Assembly: GCA_041946735.1 (NCBI GenBank)
Contig: JBHGAY010000009.1
Coordinates: forward strand, 1 to 64,000
Reading direction: 5' to 3'
Source: Candidatus Eiseniibacteriota bacterium
Lineage (GTDB): Bacteria; Eisenbacteria; RBG-16-71-46; CAIMUX01; VGJL01
Length of the DNA stretch: 64,000 nucleotides
The notes below the pieces were generated by a model. It was given only the letters and a program-made list of their open reading frames with translations, was not told where the DNA came from and ran no database searches. Position numbers and translations under genes: made by a program. Positions 19,603 through 28,032 of this stretch are shown in pieces. How positions within the stretch are numbered: the stretch's first letter is position 1; every line of letters begins with the position of its first letter.

Positions 19603-21756
19603 TTACAGGTCGAATCGTCTCCCCACTTTCAGGAATCCCTGCGTGGTCCATCGCCCCCCATCGCTCGTGTCGTTCGCGCGGACGATCCCGGCATAGATGA
19701 CATCGCCCGGACGGACGACGCGGCCGAAGAGGATCTCGGCATGGGCCCGGTCGCCGGGCGCCAGGCGGCGTAGCCCGCCGCGCAGGAAGCTCCGGAGTCC
19801 GAGCGTCCATTCCGCGCGGGCGTCGAGCACCCAGGCGCGGTAGAGGAGGCGTTCCGACCGGCGCATCCTTTCCCATCCCATCGTCAAGTCGGCGCGCAGC
19901 CAGTCGGCGGGCGCCACGGTGGCGGCTCCTGTCAGAGAGAGCAACGAGCCGACGATCGCCTCTGGGTAGAAGGCGGCGCGGCCGGCCGTGCCCTCCGCGG
20001 CAAGCTGGAGATCGCGCCGGCCCGTCGACATGGCCGTAACGGTCCAGAGTCCCTGATCGAGAGGACTGCCTGCGAAGGACTCCCACTGATCGCGATAGGC
20101 GATCGTGACCGAGCGGGTCGGGTCGATCTCGTAGCGCAGCTTCGCCGTCGTACGACGGTCGGTCGGCTTCCCCTTCTCGTCGGCGCCGCGCAGATGGACG
20201 AGAGAAGGGGTGAGAGAGGCGAGGCCGCGGCGGCGTATCCAGAATCGGTAGCTGCCGGTCGCTTCGACGCCCGAGAAGTCCCGGCGGGGAATGTAGCCGG
20301 CCCGGTCGACGAAGCGCGCGGAGTAGTGAAACGGGCGCACCTTGGCCGACAGGCTTTTCGACGTGTAGCCCATCGCCCCTTCGAAAGCCGCGCCCCGCGT
20401 CGTGCCCTTCGCCGTCCGGTCGCGGTCGGCGAGGATGTCGAAGGTGGCGAGGAGGCTGCGGCCGATGCGCAGGCTTCCGTCCAACCCTCCGACGAGGTTG
20501 CGGATCTCGTCCCCGTCGACCGCGATGGCGGTGAGGCCGAGATGCGATCCCGTGTACAGGTCGCGCACCCAGCGGGCGACCAGGTCGTCGCGCGCGGCAG
20601 ACCCCGAGACTCCGTCCTCGCGCCGTTCGCGAGCGAGGAGCAGCGTGTAGTGGGACTTGCCGATCTCCCCCGACGCCCGGCCGCCGTACTCCGGCGCGAC
20701 GATCCGTCGGGAGTAGAAAGCCCGGATCGGCATCTCCTGGAAGAGCTCCGCGTGCTCCAGGAAGAACGGCCGCTTCTCCGGGTAGTAGAGCGGGGAGCGG
20801 TTGTTGACGTCGATCTGCGGAACGTCGGCTTCCACCTGAGAGAAGTCGGGGTGGACCGTGAGGTTCAGGATCGCCGCGCTCGCGAGGCAGGCGACGGCGT
20901 CCGCGCCTGCCTTGGCGCGGCGGCGGGAGCCGTCGGCGTCGGCGTAGACGTAGGGCTGCACCGTCCTCTCTCCCGGCCCACGCAGCGGTCGGACGGCGAC
21001 CGGCAGCGATGTCTTCGTGAAGTCGAGGATCTTTCGGGACGCGCGGGGATGGGTGAGAACCTCGCCGGTCGCGGGAACGAACCGCATCGCCGAGAGGTGC
21101 CAGTCTCGCACGGCCGAGGAGTAGCGGAGGATCGCGAAAGGGATGCGGATCTCGACCGAGTAGCCGGCCGAATCGATCCGCGCGGCCGAGTCCCAGACGG
21201 AATCCCAGGTGAGATCCTCATTCGCCTTTGCGACGCCATCCTCCTGCACGCCGCGCGCGCTCACTCCGAAGAAGTAGCGGGTACGCCCCTCTCCCGAGGT
21301 GTCGAGATAGACGAAGACTCCTTCCGAAGTCGCGGCGTGCATTGCCTGATCCCTCTTGGCGACCGGCGCCCAGAGCGAGGAAGGATCCCGGACGGAGCAT
21401 CGGAAGGCGAAGTAGAGCGCGCGGCCGTCCTGACGGAAGTAGAAGAGCGTCGCCTCGCTGGGCTGGCCGTCCTCGTCGGGCGCGAAGCGGAAGAAACGAT
21501 CGGCGATCGGCGGTCCCCAGTCGTCCTCGACGATCCGGCCGTCGACCCGGAGATCGAGATCGAGATCGCGGTTCGCCTCCCCCGGGAATGCTGTCGACGC
21601 GGCGGCCGGTGGGGTGAGAAGAGCAAGAGGCGCGACAAGAAGAGCAAGAGGCGTGAGAAGAGCGAGAGGGACGAGTAGAGAGCCGGAAATCGCGAGCCTC
21701 CTCCGCCGGAGCGGGTCCGAGCGTCGCTTCGTGCTAGTAGTGAGCGAGCGTGCCAT
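19603..21756 (-). CDS. DUF5916-type outer-membrane protein with an N-terminal CBM9-like domain
   Basis: VDGRI.E.DW, LYFAF, WDSVWDSA, EIRIPF, NLTVHPDFSQVEAD and EKRPFFLE, followed by C-terminal beta strands. Confidence 0.75.
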   Translation of the reverse strand: MARSLTTSTKRRSDPLRRRRLAISGSLLVPLALLTPLALLVAPLALLTPPAAASTAFPGEANRDLDLDLRVDGRIVEDDWGPPIADRFFRFAPDEDGQPSEATLFYFRQDGRALYFAFRCSVRDPSSLWAPVAKRDQAMHAATSEGVFVYLDTSGEGRTRYFFGVSARGVQEDGVAKANEDLTWDSVWDSAARIDSAGYSVEIRIPFAILRYSSAVRDWHLSAMRFVPATGEVLTHPRASRKILDFTKTSLPVAVRPLRGPGERTVQPYVYADADGSRRRAKAGADAVACLASAAILNLTVHPDFSQVEADVPQIDVNNRSPLYYPEKRPFFLEHAELFQEMPIRAFYSRRIVAPEYGGRASGEIGKSHYTLLLARERREDGVSGSAARDDLVARWVRDLYTGSHLGLTAIAVDGDEIRNLVGGLDGSLRIGRSLLATFDILADRDRTAKGTTRGAAFEGAMGYTSKSLSAKVRPFHYSARFVDRAGYIPRRDFSGVEATGSYRFWIRRRGLASLTPSLVHLRGADEKGKPTDRRTTAKLRYEIDPTRSVTIAYRDQWESFAGSPLDQGLWTVTAMSTGRRDLQLAAEGTAGRAAFYPEAIVGSLLSLTGAATVAPADWLRADLTMGWERMRRSERLLYRAWVLDARAEWTLGLRSFLRGGLRRLAPGDRAHAEILFGRVVRPGDVIYAGIVRANDTSDGGRWTTQGFLKVGRRFDL

Positions 21757-22483
21757 CGCGCATCACCCTCCTGTCGGAGGCGCGGAACACGAGGATCCCC
21801 AAGGCAAGCATCGCCGCGGCGGGCGCGAGGGGTCGCGGATCGATCAGGGAGCCGCTCCGAACCCCGTCGAGGAGCACGTCGCGCAGCCGGATCGACATCG
21901 CCGTGTACGGGATCCAGTGCCAGATCGCCCGCCCATCGGTGGTCGCGAAGAAGGCGAGCATCATCATCAGAAACTGAAGCGGTTGGAACAGGGCCGCCGT
22001 TCTCTTCCACCGGAGATCGGCCGCGGTGAACACCAACGCGAGACCGAAGAGGAAGAGGATCGCGAGCGGCAGGTAGAGCAGACCGGCGAAAAGCCGGCCG
22101 GGGCTTCCGAACGCGAGCGTCGCCAGAATGCCCCCGCTCACCAGGTACCCCGGCATGTTCCAGAGGACGTTCGAGCCGATCGTCAGAAGCGTCATCCCCA
22201 GGTGCCCGAGCGGCGAGAGGAACTCCCGCTCGATCAGGCCGCTCGCCGCCTTCCCGGTGATCGCCTGCACCGCCACCTGGCTGATATAGAGGTAGATCAG
22301 CCAGGTCATGTAGCCGGCGAGAATGTTCGCCTCCAGACGAGGATCGACCGTCCCGCGCGGAAGGGCCGTCAGGATCGAGACGAACAGGACCGCGACGCCG
22401 ACCGTGGAGAGCAGCCACTCGAGCGGGTAACGCAGACGCGTGGCGAGATCCTTGCGAAGCGTGAGTTGGAGCAGCCGGATCAT
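21734..22483 (-). CDS. ABC-2 type exporter permease
   Basis: About 6 TM helices and 'GLIEREFLSP'. ATGA overlap with the ATPase stop. Confidence 0.8.
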   Translation of the reverse strand: MIRLLQLTLRKDLATRLRYPLEWLLSTVGVAVLFVSILTALPRGTVDPRLEANILAGYMTWLIYLYISQVAVQAITGKAASGLIEREFLSPLGHLGMTLLTIGSNVLWNMPGYLVSGGILATLAFGSPGRLFAGLLYLPLAILFLFGLALVFTAADLRWKRTAALFQPLQFLMMMLAFFATTDGRAIWHWIPYTAMSIRLRDVLLDGVRSGSLIDPRPLAPAAAMLALGILVFRASDRRVMRDGTLAHY

Positions 22484-23415
22484 GGAGCCTCCCCGATGAG
22501 GCGGAGGTAGGCATCGGCCAGCGTCGGGGCGAGCCGTTGGCAGGCGACGACATCGACGCCGCGCTCGGAAAGCTTCGAGGCGGCGGCAAGCGACTCGGAC
22601 AGGCCTCCGCGGATGACGATCCGCGCGATCGCACCGCGCGCCTCGCTGATCGAGTCGAACGGGATTCCGGAGAGATCGAGGCGACCCGCGCAAGCGCGCA
22701 CGTCGAGCGAGTAGCGGTCCTCGCGGAACAGGTCGCGGAGGACGGGGGCGGGACGATCGATCCGCACCCGACCGGCCTTCAGGATGACGATGCGGTCGGC
22801 GACCGACTCGGCGACGTCGAGCTCGTGCGTCGTCAGGAGGACGGCGCGCCCGTCGCCCGAAAGGGCCCGTAGCATCTCCTGCAGCTCCCGCTTGACCTGA
22901 ACGTCCAGGCCGACCGTCGGCTCGTCCAGGACGACGACCGGGGCGCGGCTCAGGAGCGGCACGAGGAGAGCGGCCTTCTGCCTGGTCCCCTTGGAAAGGA
23001 AGCGAACCTGCCGGTCGAGCGACGAGGCGAGGCCGAGGCGTTCTGCAGCCGCGAGCAAGAGAGGCTCATCGACCCGCTCGTAGCCGACAGCCAGGAAGTA
23101 ATGGACGTTTTCGCGGACGGTGAGCCGGTGGTACAGGTTGCGGTCCCCTTCGAGGCAGGCGCACAGAGCGCGCAGGGCGCGGCCGCGCGATCGCGTGACC
23201 GATCGCCCTGCGATCCGGATGGATCCGCGGTCGGGAAGCAGCAGACCGCAGATCGCCTTGACGAGAGTGCTCTTTCCCGCTCCGTTGGGACCGAGCAAAG
23301 CGACCAGCTCGCCGCGCTCGATCGAGAGATCGAGCCGTTCGAGGACCCAGGGCCCTTTGGCGCCATAGCGTTTCGCCAGATCGTGGACCTCCAGACCGCG
23401 CTGCGCCGGTGACAC
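22480..23415 (-). CDS. ABC exporter ATP-binding protein
   Basis: Walker A GPNGAGKS, signature LSKG, Walker B VVLDEPT and H-loop TTH. Start uncertain. Confidence 0.92.
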   Translation of the reverse strand: MSPAQRGLEVHDLAKRYGAKGPWVLERLDLSIERGELVALLGPNGAGKSTLVKAICGLLLPDRGSIRIAGRSVTRSRGRALRALCACLEGDRNLYHRLTVRENVHYFLAVGYERVDEPLLLAAAERLGLASSLDRQVRFLSKGTRQKAALLVPLLSRAPVVVLDEPTVGLDVQVKRELQEMLRALSGDGRAVLLTTHELDVAESVADRIVILKAGRVRIDRPAPVLRDLFREDRYSLDVRACAGRLDLSGIPFDSISEARGAIARIVIRGGLSESLAAASKLSERGVDVVACQRLAPTLADAYLRLIGEAP

Positions 23416-23488
23416 CGACAGCCTGGCGAAGAGAGAGGGACGAGGGCGGAGAGGGGAATCCCCTCCGCCCACCACCCGGCCGGCTTCC

Positions 23489-23587
23489 CTACTCGTGCGA
23501 ATCGACCGTGCACCCATCGTTGCACTGTCCGTCGGAGCACCAGAGATTGATGCCGAAGATGCTGCTGGAGTCGCTGACCGTATACAT
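23489..23587 (-). CDS. putative RiPP precursor peptide C (32 aa): MYTVSDSSSIFGINLWCSDGQCNDGCTVDSHE
   Basis: Manually translated; CAGGAGG RBS; paralog of the neighbouring 34-aa peptide. Confidence 0.8.
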   Translation of the reverse strand: MYTVSDSSSIFGINLWCSDGQCNDGCTVDSHE

Positions 23588-23663
23588 CACGCACCTCCTG
23601 TCGGGGGAGCGCCTCCCCCGGTTCGGGCCTCAGACTCTGCGCCGCCGCGGCGGCCGGGACGTT

Positions 23664-23768
23664 TCAGTCCCCCGTCACGTGGCAGCCGTCATTGCAGGTT
23701 TCGTCGTGGCAGATGATGTTGAGGAACCCCAGCGTGAAACCGCTCGTAACCTCCGAGGTCGTGTACAT
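23664..23768 (-). CDS. putative RiPP precursor peptide B (34 aa): MYTTSEVTSGFTLGFLNIICHDETCNDGCHVTGD
   Basis: Manually translated; GAAAGGA RBS; shares MYT.S and N-x-x-C-x-D-x-x-C-N-D-G-C-x-V with peptide C. Confidence 0.8.
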   Translation of the reverse strand: MYTTSEVTSGFTLGFLNIICHDETCNDGCHVTGD

Positions 23769-23871
23769 GCGTTCCTTTCTTCCGCCCGCTCGCCGCGCCT
23801 GCCCGGCGCGCCGAGAGCGGGCCTCTTCTCTCTCGGGCGCCGCGCAGGCTCTCTTCGCGCGGCGCCCGGTC

Positions 23872-23949
23872 CTACCAGAATCCGCAGATGAAGTTGATCA
23901 GGGGGATGCGAACGACGTCCTCGTCTTCATCGTGATGGAACAGCCACAT
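23872..23949 (-). CDS. putative RiPP precursor peptide A (25 aa): MWLFHHDEDEDVVRIPLINFICGFW
   Basis: Manually translated; strong AAGGAGG RBS inside the 3' end of the rSAM gene; shares [IL]-N-x-x-C with peptides B and C. Confidence 0.65.
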   Translation of the reverse strand: MWLFHHDEDEDVVRIPLINFICGFW

Positions 23950-25279
23950 GGCTCTCCTCCTTTTGGATTGCCGGGGAGACCGTAGGCGAGAGTCTTCCCG
24001 CCCGTGCCTGATAGAAGAGACCGATCAGCTCCAGCCATCGACTCGCATGGAGCTTCTCGTAGGGACACTGGACCGATCCCTTCTCGATCACCTTTCGCGG
24101 ACAGCTCCCGGCCTGACATGCCGAGAGCAGGAAGCAAGAAGCGCACCCGTTCGCATCCCGGCCAGCGCCGGTCCAGAGTGCGAAGAGACTCGCGTCGATT
24201 TCGAGGGTGCCGTCCTCGCGCAGGCGGCCGATCCGGTTCTCTCGAAGATCGAAAGCGACGGTGCATTTGTACAAGCTGCCGTCGGAGCCGATGACGAGGG
24301 ATCGACGGCATGCGGCGTAGCAGACCAGACGGTGCGGGATCACGTGGGAGAGGATCCAGTACGGGAAGAGGCCGCTTCGGATGATCCTCTCGGTCACCGC
24401 CCGGACCGCCTCGAACCCTTCCTCTCCCCGGAGCTCCTCGATGGGCGCTTCGGGGCGGCCCTTCCAGACGTTCCTCGCGTAGAACTGCACCCGCGGATCG
24501 CCCGCGAATTCCGAGGCGAGCAGGTCGACGAACCAGAGCATGCCGTCGAGGTTCTCCCGATCGAGATTCAGCCGAACGACCGCGCGGGCGGGCGGGTCGG
24601 AGTCGCGAACGCGTCGAATCGCGGCCAGGGCGGCGTGGAACGTGCCAACGCCACGCCGCGAGATCCTCCGCCGGTCGTGCAGCCAGGACGGCCCGTCGAG
24701 CGTGACCTGGAAGGAAACGCACCCGTGGCGCACGAGGAACGCGAGCCGGTCCTCGGTCAGGAGCGTTCCGTTGGTCGTCATCGACATCTGGAATGGGACG
24801 CCGGCATCTGCGGCGATCGAGCGGATCCGGGGAACCAGGTCGCAGATGACGTCCCACGCGAGCAGGGGCTCGCCGCCGAACCAGTCGAGATGCAGGCGTC
24901 GAAGGCTGGACACCCGGGCCGTCAGATGCCGGACGATGGCCTCGCGAACGTCGATCTCCATCGCGCCGCGGGCGAAGTCCTCGTAGCAGTACACGCAGCG
25001 GAGGTTGCACTGCTCGGTCGGCATGAGCGTCAAGTAGAGCTGGCTCGCGTCATCCCTCTGATCGAACGGCGGGCGCGGCGTCCGAGCGTCGAAGCCGTTT
25101 TCGAGGAACTGGCGCGCCAGCTCGCTCCCATCGCTGCGCGCCCGCTCGGGATTCTCGAACCAGGCGAACACTTTCTCCCGGTTCTCCCGAAAGACGATTC
25201 CGCTCTTGCCGGTCGGAATGTGCAGGAACACTTCGTCCCCGTTGGGGAGCGGCTCGGTCAGGAACGTCTCGGTGCGCAT
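23927..25279 (-). CDS. radical SAM/SPASM-domain peptide maturase
   Basis: CNLRCVYC and WFGGEP, then SPASM-type CYAA...IGSDGSLYKC...CASCFLLSACQAGSCP...CP. Short N-terminal extension (RRE-like by inference). GGAGG RBS. Confidence 0.9.
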   Translation of the reverse strand: MRTETFLTEPLPNGDEVFLHIPTGKSGIVFRENREKVFAWFENPERARSDGSELARQFLENGFDARTPRPPFDQRDDASQLYLTLMPTEQCNLRCVYCYEDFARGAMEIDVREAIVRHLTARVSSLRRLHLDWFGGEPLLAWDVICDLVPRIRSIAADAGVPFQMSMTTNGTLLTEDRLAFLVRHGCVSFQVTLDGPSWLHDRRRISRRGVGTFHAALAAIRRVRDSDPPARAVVRLNLDRENLDGMLWFVDLLASEFAGDPRVQFYARNVWKGRPEAPIEELRGEEGFEAVRAVTERIIRSGLFPYWILSHVIPHRLVCYAACRRSLVIGSDGSLYKCTVAFDLRENRIGRLREDGTLEIDASLFALWTGAGRDANGCASCFLLSACQAGSCPRKVIEKGSVQCPYEKLHASRWLELIGLFYQARAGRLSPTVSPAIQKEESHVAVPSR

Positions 25280-25475
25280 CTACCCACCTCCGTCGGCATT
25301 CCGCCGCCGTCGCCCGCCAGCGCGCGGCGGCTCGAGATCATTCGGACGCGGGGATGGGATGAAAGAAGCGTGCCGGCGGAAGGGACGGAGTGGCTGCGCG
25401 AGGATCGGGCAGCGGCGCGTTCCGTGCTGCGGGGACGCGCGCGACGGATCCAGACGACGCGAGAGGACCGAGCGG

Positions 25476-26786
25476 CTAACGTTCGCGCAGAATCGAGACT
25501 TTCGCCCGGAACTCCTGTGGACCGATCCTCGCGTGCACGAAGTAAACCCCGCGGGCGACCGGGCGGCCCTCTTCGTCTCGGCCGTCCCAAATCATCTCTT
25601 CGGTCCCAACCGGAAGAAGCCGGGTCGAGAGGGATCGCACGCGGCGCCCCTCGGCGTCCCAGACGTCGAGCGAGCCGTCCGCCGCGCGGGGCAGGGCGGG
25701 GATCGGAAAGCGAACCTCTCCGGACGACGGATTGGGGAGTATCGAGCCCGCCTTCGACGCGGAGGCATCTCCGTCTCCCCCGCTTCCATGGCGCCCGCCG
25801 CCATCCGGGATTGCGAGGAACGACGGGGGACGGCCGGGAACGAAGATGGCGAGGCTCCGCTCCGGAATCTCGTCCCAGTCGTCTTCGTCCGAGCCAAGAG
25901 GCTGAGAGGCGACGACCCAGTAGGGAGAGCCTTGGGTCCCCGAACTCGCGCCGGCGGCTGGCATGTAGCAGAGCGGGTCCCAGGCGTCGTTGGCGTCAAG
26001 ACGGAGCGCGAAGAGCGTATCGCCGCGCGTCAGGACGCAGTTCAGTCGGGTCCCGGGAAAGCGGGAGAACAGCTCGGAGGCGGCGAGGCGTAGGGCGCCG
26101 GTCCGTCCCAGGTCCCGATGCCGCTCGATCGACTCGAGCAGATAAAGGAAGTACAGCTCCGAGTCGATGTGCCCGTCGACGTAGTCGGGCGGGTGCCGCT
26201 CGAGATAGTGCGGGTCCTCCTGCTGAATCAAGTGATAGAGCGCATCGGACGGCAACGTGCCGTTGTGCGCGAAGAGCATGCCGTCGTGCTGGAACGGGTG
26301 AGGGTTCGGGATTCCCCAGTGGCCGGAGCTGCCCGCCCGCACGTGCGCGATGACGGCCGCGGGACGCACCGCGCTGAGCTCCTCGACCGCCTCTCGGAAC
26401 TCGCTCTCCCCCGGGTGATTCGCCGGCGGGCCGCCCCTCCGCACGATCGGTCCCCGGATGGGCGTCGAAGAATCGGGGGTGGGGAAGAAGCCGATCCCCC
26501 ATCCGTCGCGATTGCCCCCGCCCAGATCTCGCAGGTTCGCGACCGTCCCGTCGCGCAGGTGATCGGCCGCCAGCGCGGAGGGATAGCCCGAACCGATGAG
26601 CGCCCAGAAGCGGCAAGCGGCTGCGGGCCGTGGGAGGAGCGCGAAGGCCAGACCGGCCAGGAGCACTACCGCCGGCAGCAGCAGCGGAACCGCGGACAGG
26701 CCGGCGGAGAGAGGCGCCGGCACTCTAGCGAGGGGCGGGCTTGCGGGGCGCAGAGACGGGGCGAACCGCTGACGGTCCTTCTCCAT
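25476..26786 (-). CDS. exported class II glutamine amidotransferase-like (Ntn hydrolase) protein with a FlgD-Ig tail
   Basis: Hydrophobic signal ending AAA, then CRFW; DGWGIG, IAHVR, PHPF, FAHNG and IDSE; C-terminal PNP...WDGRD...GVYF. Confidence 0.8.
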   Translation of the reverse strand: MEKDRQRFAPSLRPASPPLARVPAPLSAGLSAVPLLLPAVVLLAGLAFALLPRPAAACRFWALIGSGYPSALAADHLRDGTVANLRDLGGGNRDGWGIGFFPTPDSSTPIRGPIVRRGGPPANHPGESEFREAVEELSAVRPAAVIAHVRAGSSGHWGIPNPHPFQHDGMLFAHNGTLPSDALYHLIQQEDPHYLERHPPDYVDGHIDSELYFLYLLESIERHRDLGRTGALRLAASELFSRFPGTRLNCVLTRGDTLFALRLDANDAWDPLCYMPAAGASSGTQGSPYWVVASQPLGSDEDDWDEIPERSLAIFVPGRPPSFLAIPDGGGRHGSGGDGDASASKAGSILPNPSSGEVRFPIPALPRAADGSLDVWDAEGRRVRSLSTRLLPVGTEEMIWDGRDEEGRPVARGVYFVHARIGPQEFRAKVSILRER

Positions 26787-26916
26787 GCGACGCCTCCTCC
26801 GGTGCGGGTCAGGGCGCGAATTCCGGCCCAAGGAGGATCGCACAGCGCCAGCGGTCCTGTCCACCAGAGGGGCGCCGGAAGCCAGCAGTCCGCAACCCGG
26901 GAACGGCGAATCGCGC

Positions 26917-27690
26917 CTACTGGAGCGAGGTGCCGAAGCGCGACAGGCGGAGGCGCTTCCAGATGGGGAGATGATCCTCACGGTCCCAGGAGAGAGTCAC
27001 GACGCGCGCTCGTCCCACGATGTTCGAAACGGGGACCGGGCCGAAGAAGCGGGAGTCGAGCGAGTAGTCGCGGTTGTCCCCCATGAGGAACACGGACCCC
27101 TCGGGGATCACGATCGGGCCGAAGTTGTCCCGGTTGCCGAGATCGGCGGGAATGCCGGGAAGGATCGTGCCGGGCGGGGCCGTCCAGCGGTCGCGGTGCA
27201 CGACGTGCGTCGATTCTTCGACACGGGCACCGTTGACGTAGAGACTCTTGTCGCGGATCTCGACCCGGTCGCCGCCGACCGCCACGACCCGCTTCACGTA
27301 CGGCGTCGTCCGGTCGACGGGGACTTCGACGACCACGATGTCGCCGCGGCGCGGCGAGCGCAGCCCGGGCAGCTTCCACGCGGGGAGGTCGACGCCGATC
27401 TTCGTCCCCGGGATGCCGAGCCATTGCGGCGTGCGGGGCCCGAGGGTCAGCTTGTCGGCAAGAAGGAAGTCCCCGGCCAGGATCGTCCCCTCCATCGATC
27501 CGCTGGGGACGTTGAAGGCTTGGACGATTCCGACCTGAAGCACGAGCAGCAGGCCCAGCATCGTCACGACGTCCCGGACGGCGGCAAGCAGGCGCGACAG
27601 GCGGTGCCCCCCGCCGGACTCCCGAGCGGCCTCGCCGCCCGGCTGCGCGGGCGCTTGCGGCGGCGGGAAAGGCTCCTCGTTGCGTTGCAT
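26917..27690 (-). CDS. lepB: signal peptidase I
   Basis: AFNVPSGSMEGT (Ser), YVKR (Lys) and GDNRDYSLDSR. Confidence 0.93.
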   Translation of the reverse strand: MQRNEEPFPPPQAPAQPGGEAARESGGGHRLSRLLAAVRDVVTMLGLLLVLQVGIVQAFNVPSGSMEGTILAGDFLLADKLTLGPRTPQWLGIPGTKIGVDLPAWKLPGLRSPRRGDIVVVEVPVDRTTPYVKRVVAVGGDRVEIRDKSLYVNGARVEESTHVVHRDRWTAPPGTILPGIPADLGNRDNFGPIVIPEGSVFLMGDNRDYSLDSRFFGPVPVSNIVGRARVVTLSWDREDHLPIWKRLRLSRFGTSLQ

Positions 27691-28032
27691 CGTTCGGTTC
27701 CTCCTCCGGATTCGCCGCCGGCCGCCGGCCATCCGCGGCCGGCCGGAGGCGAAGATCCGACGGTGGTACACACAGCCCCCCTGCCCTCGGTTCCGCCTCC
27801 GGACGCTATGATCCAACGTTCCTCCCGGATTCGGTAGCCCGGAGGGGGCTCGGGCGGCTACGCGGTCGGCAGGGAAACGGCCGGTCGCGCCTTGCACGGC
27901 GTAACGGGCGGTCGCGCGTCGCACGGCGAAACGGGCGGCCGGACGGCCGGGCGGGTGCGCGATGCGTCGTAGCGCGGTCGCGCGGTCGCGCAGGAAGAAC
28001 GAGAGAGGCGAGGAGGAGGAGGAACGCAGGCG

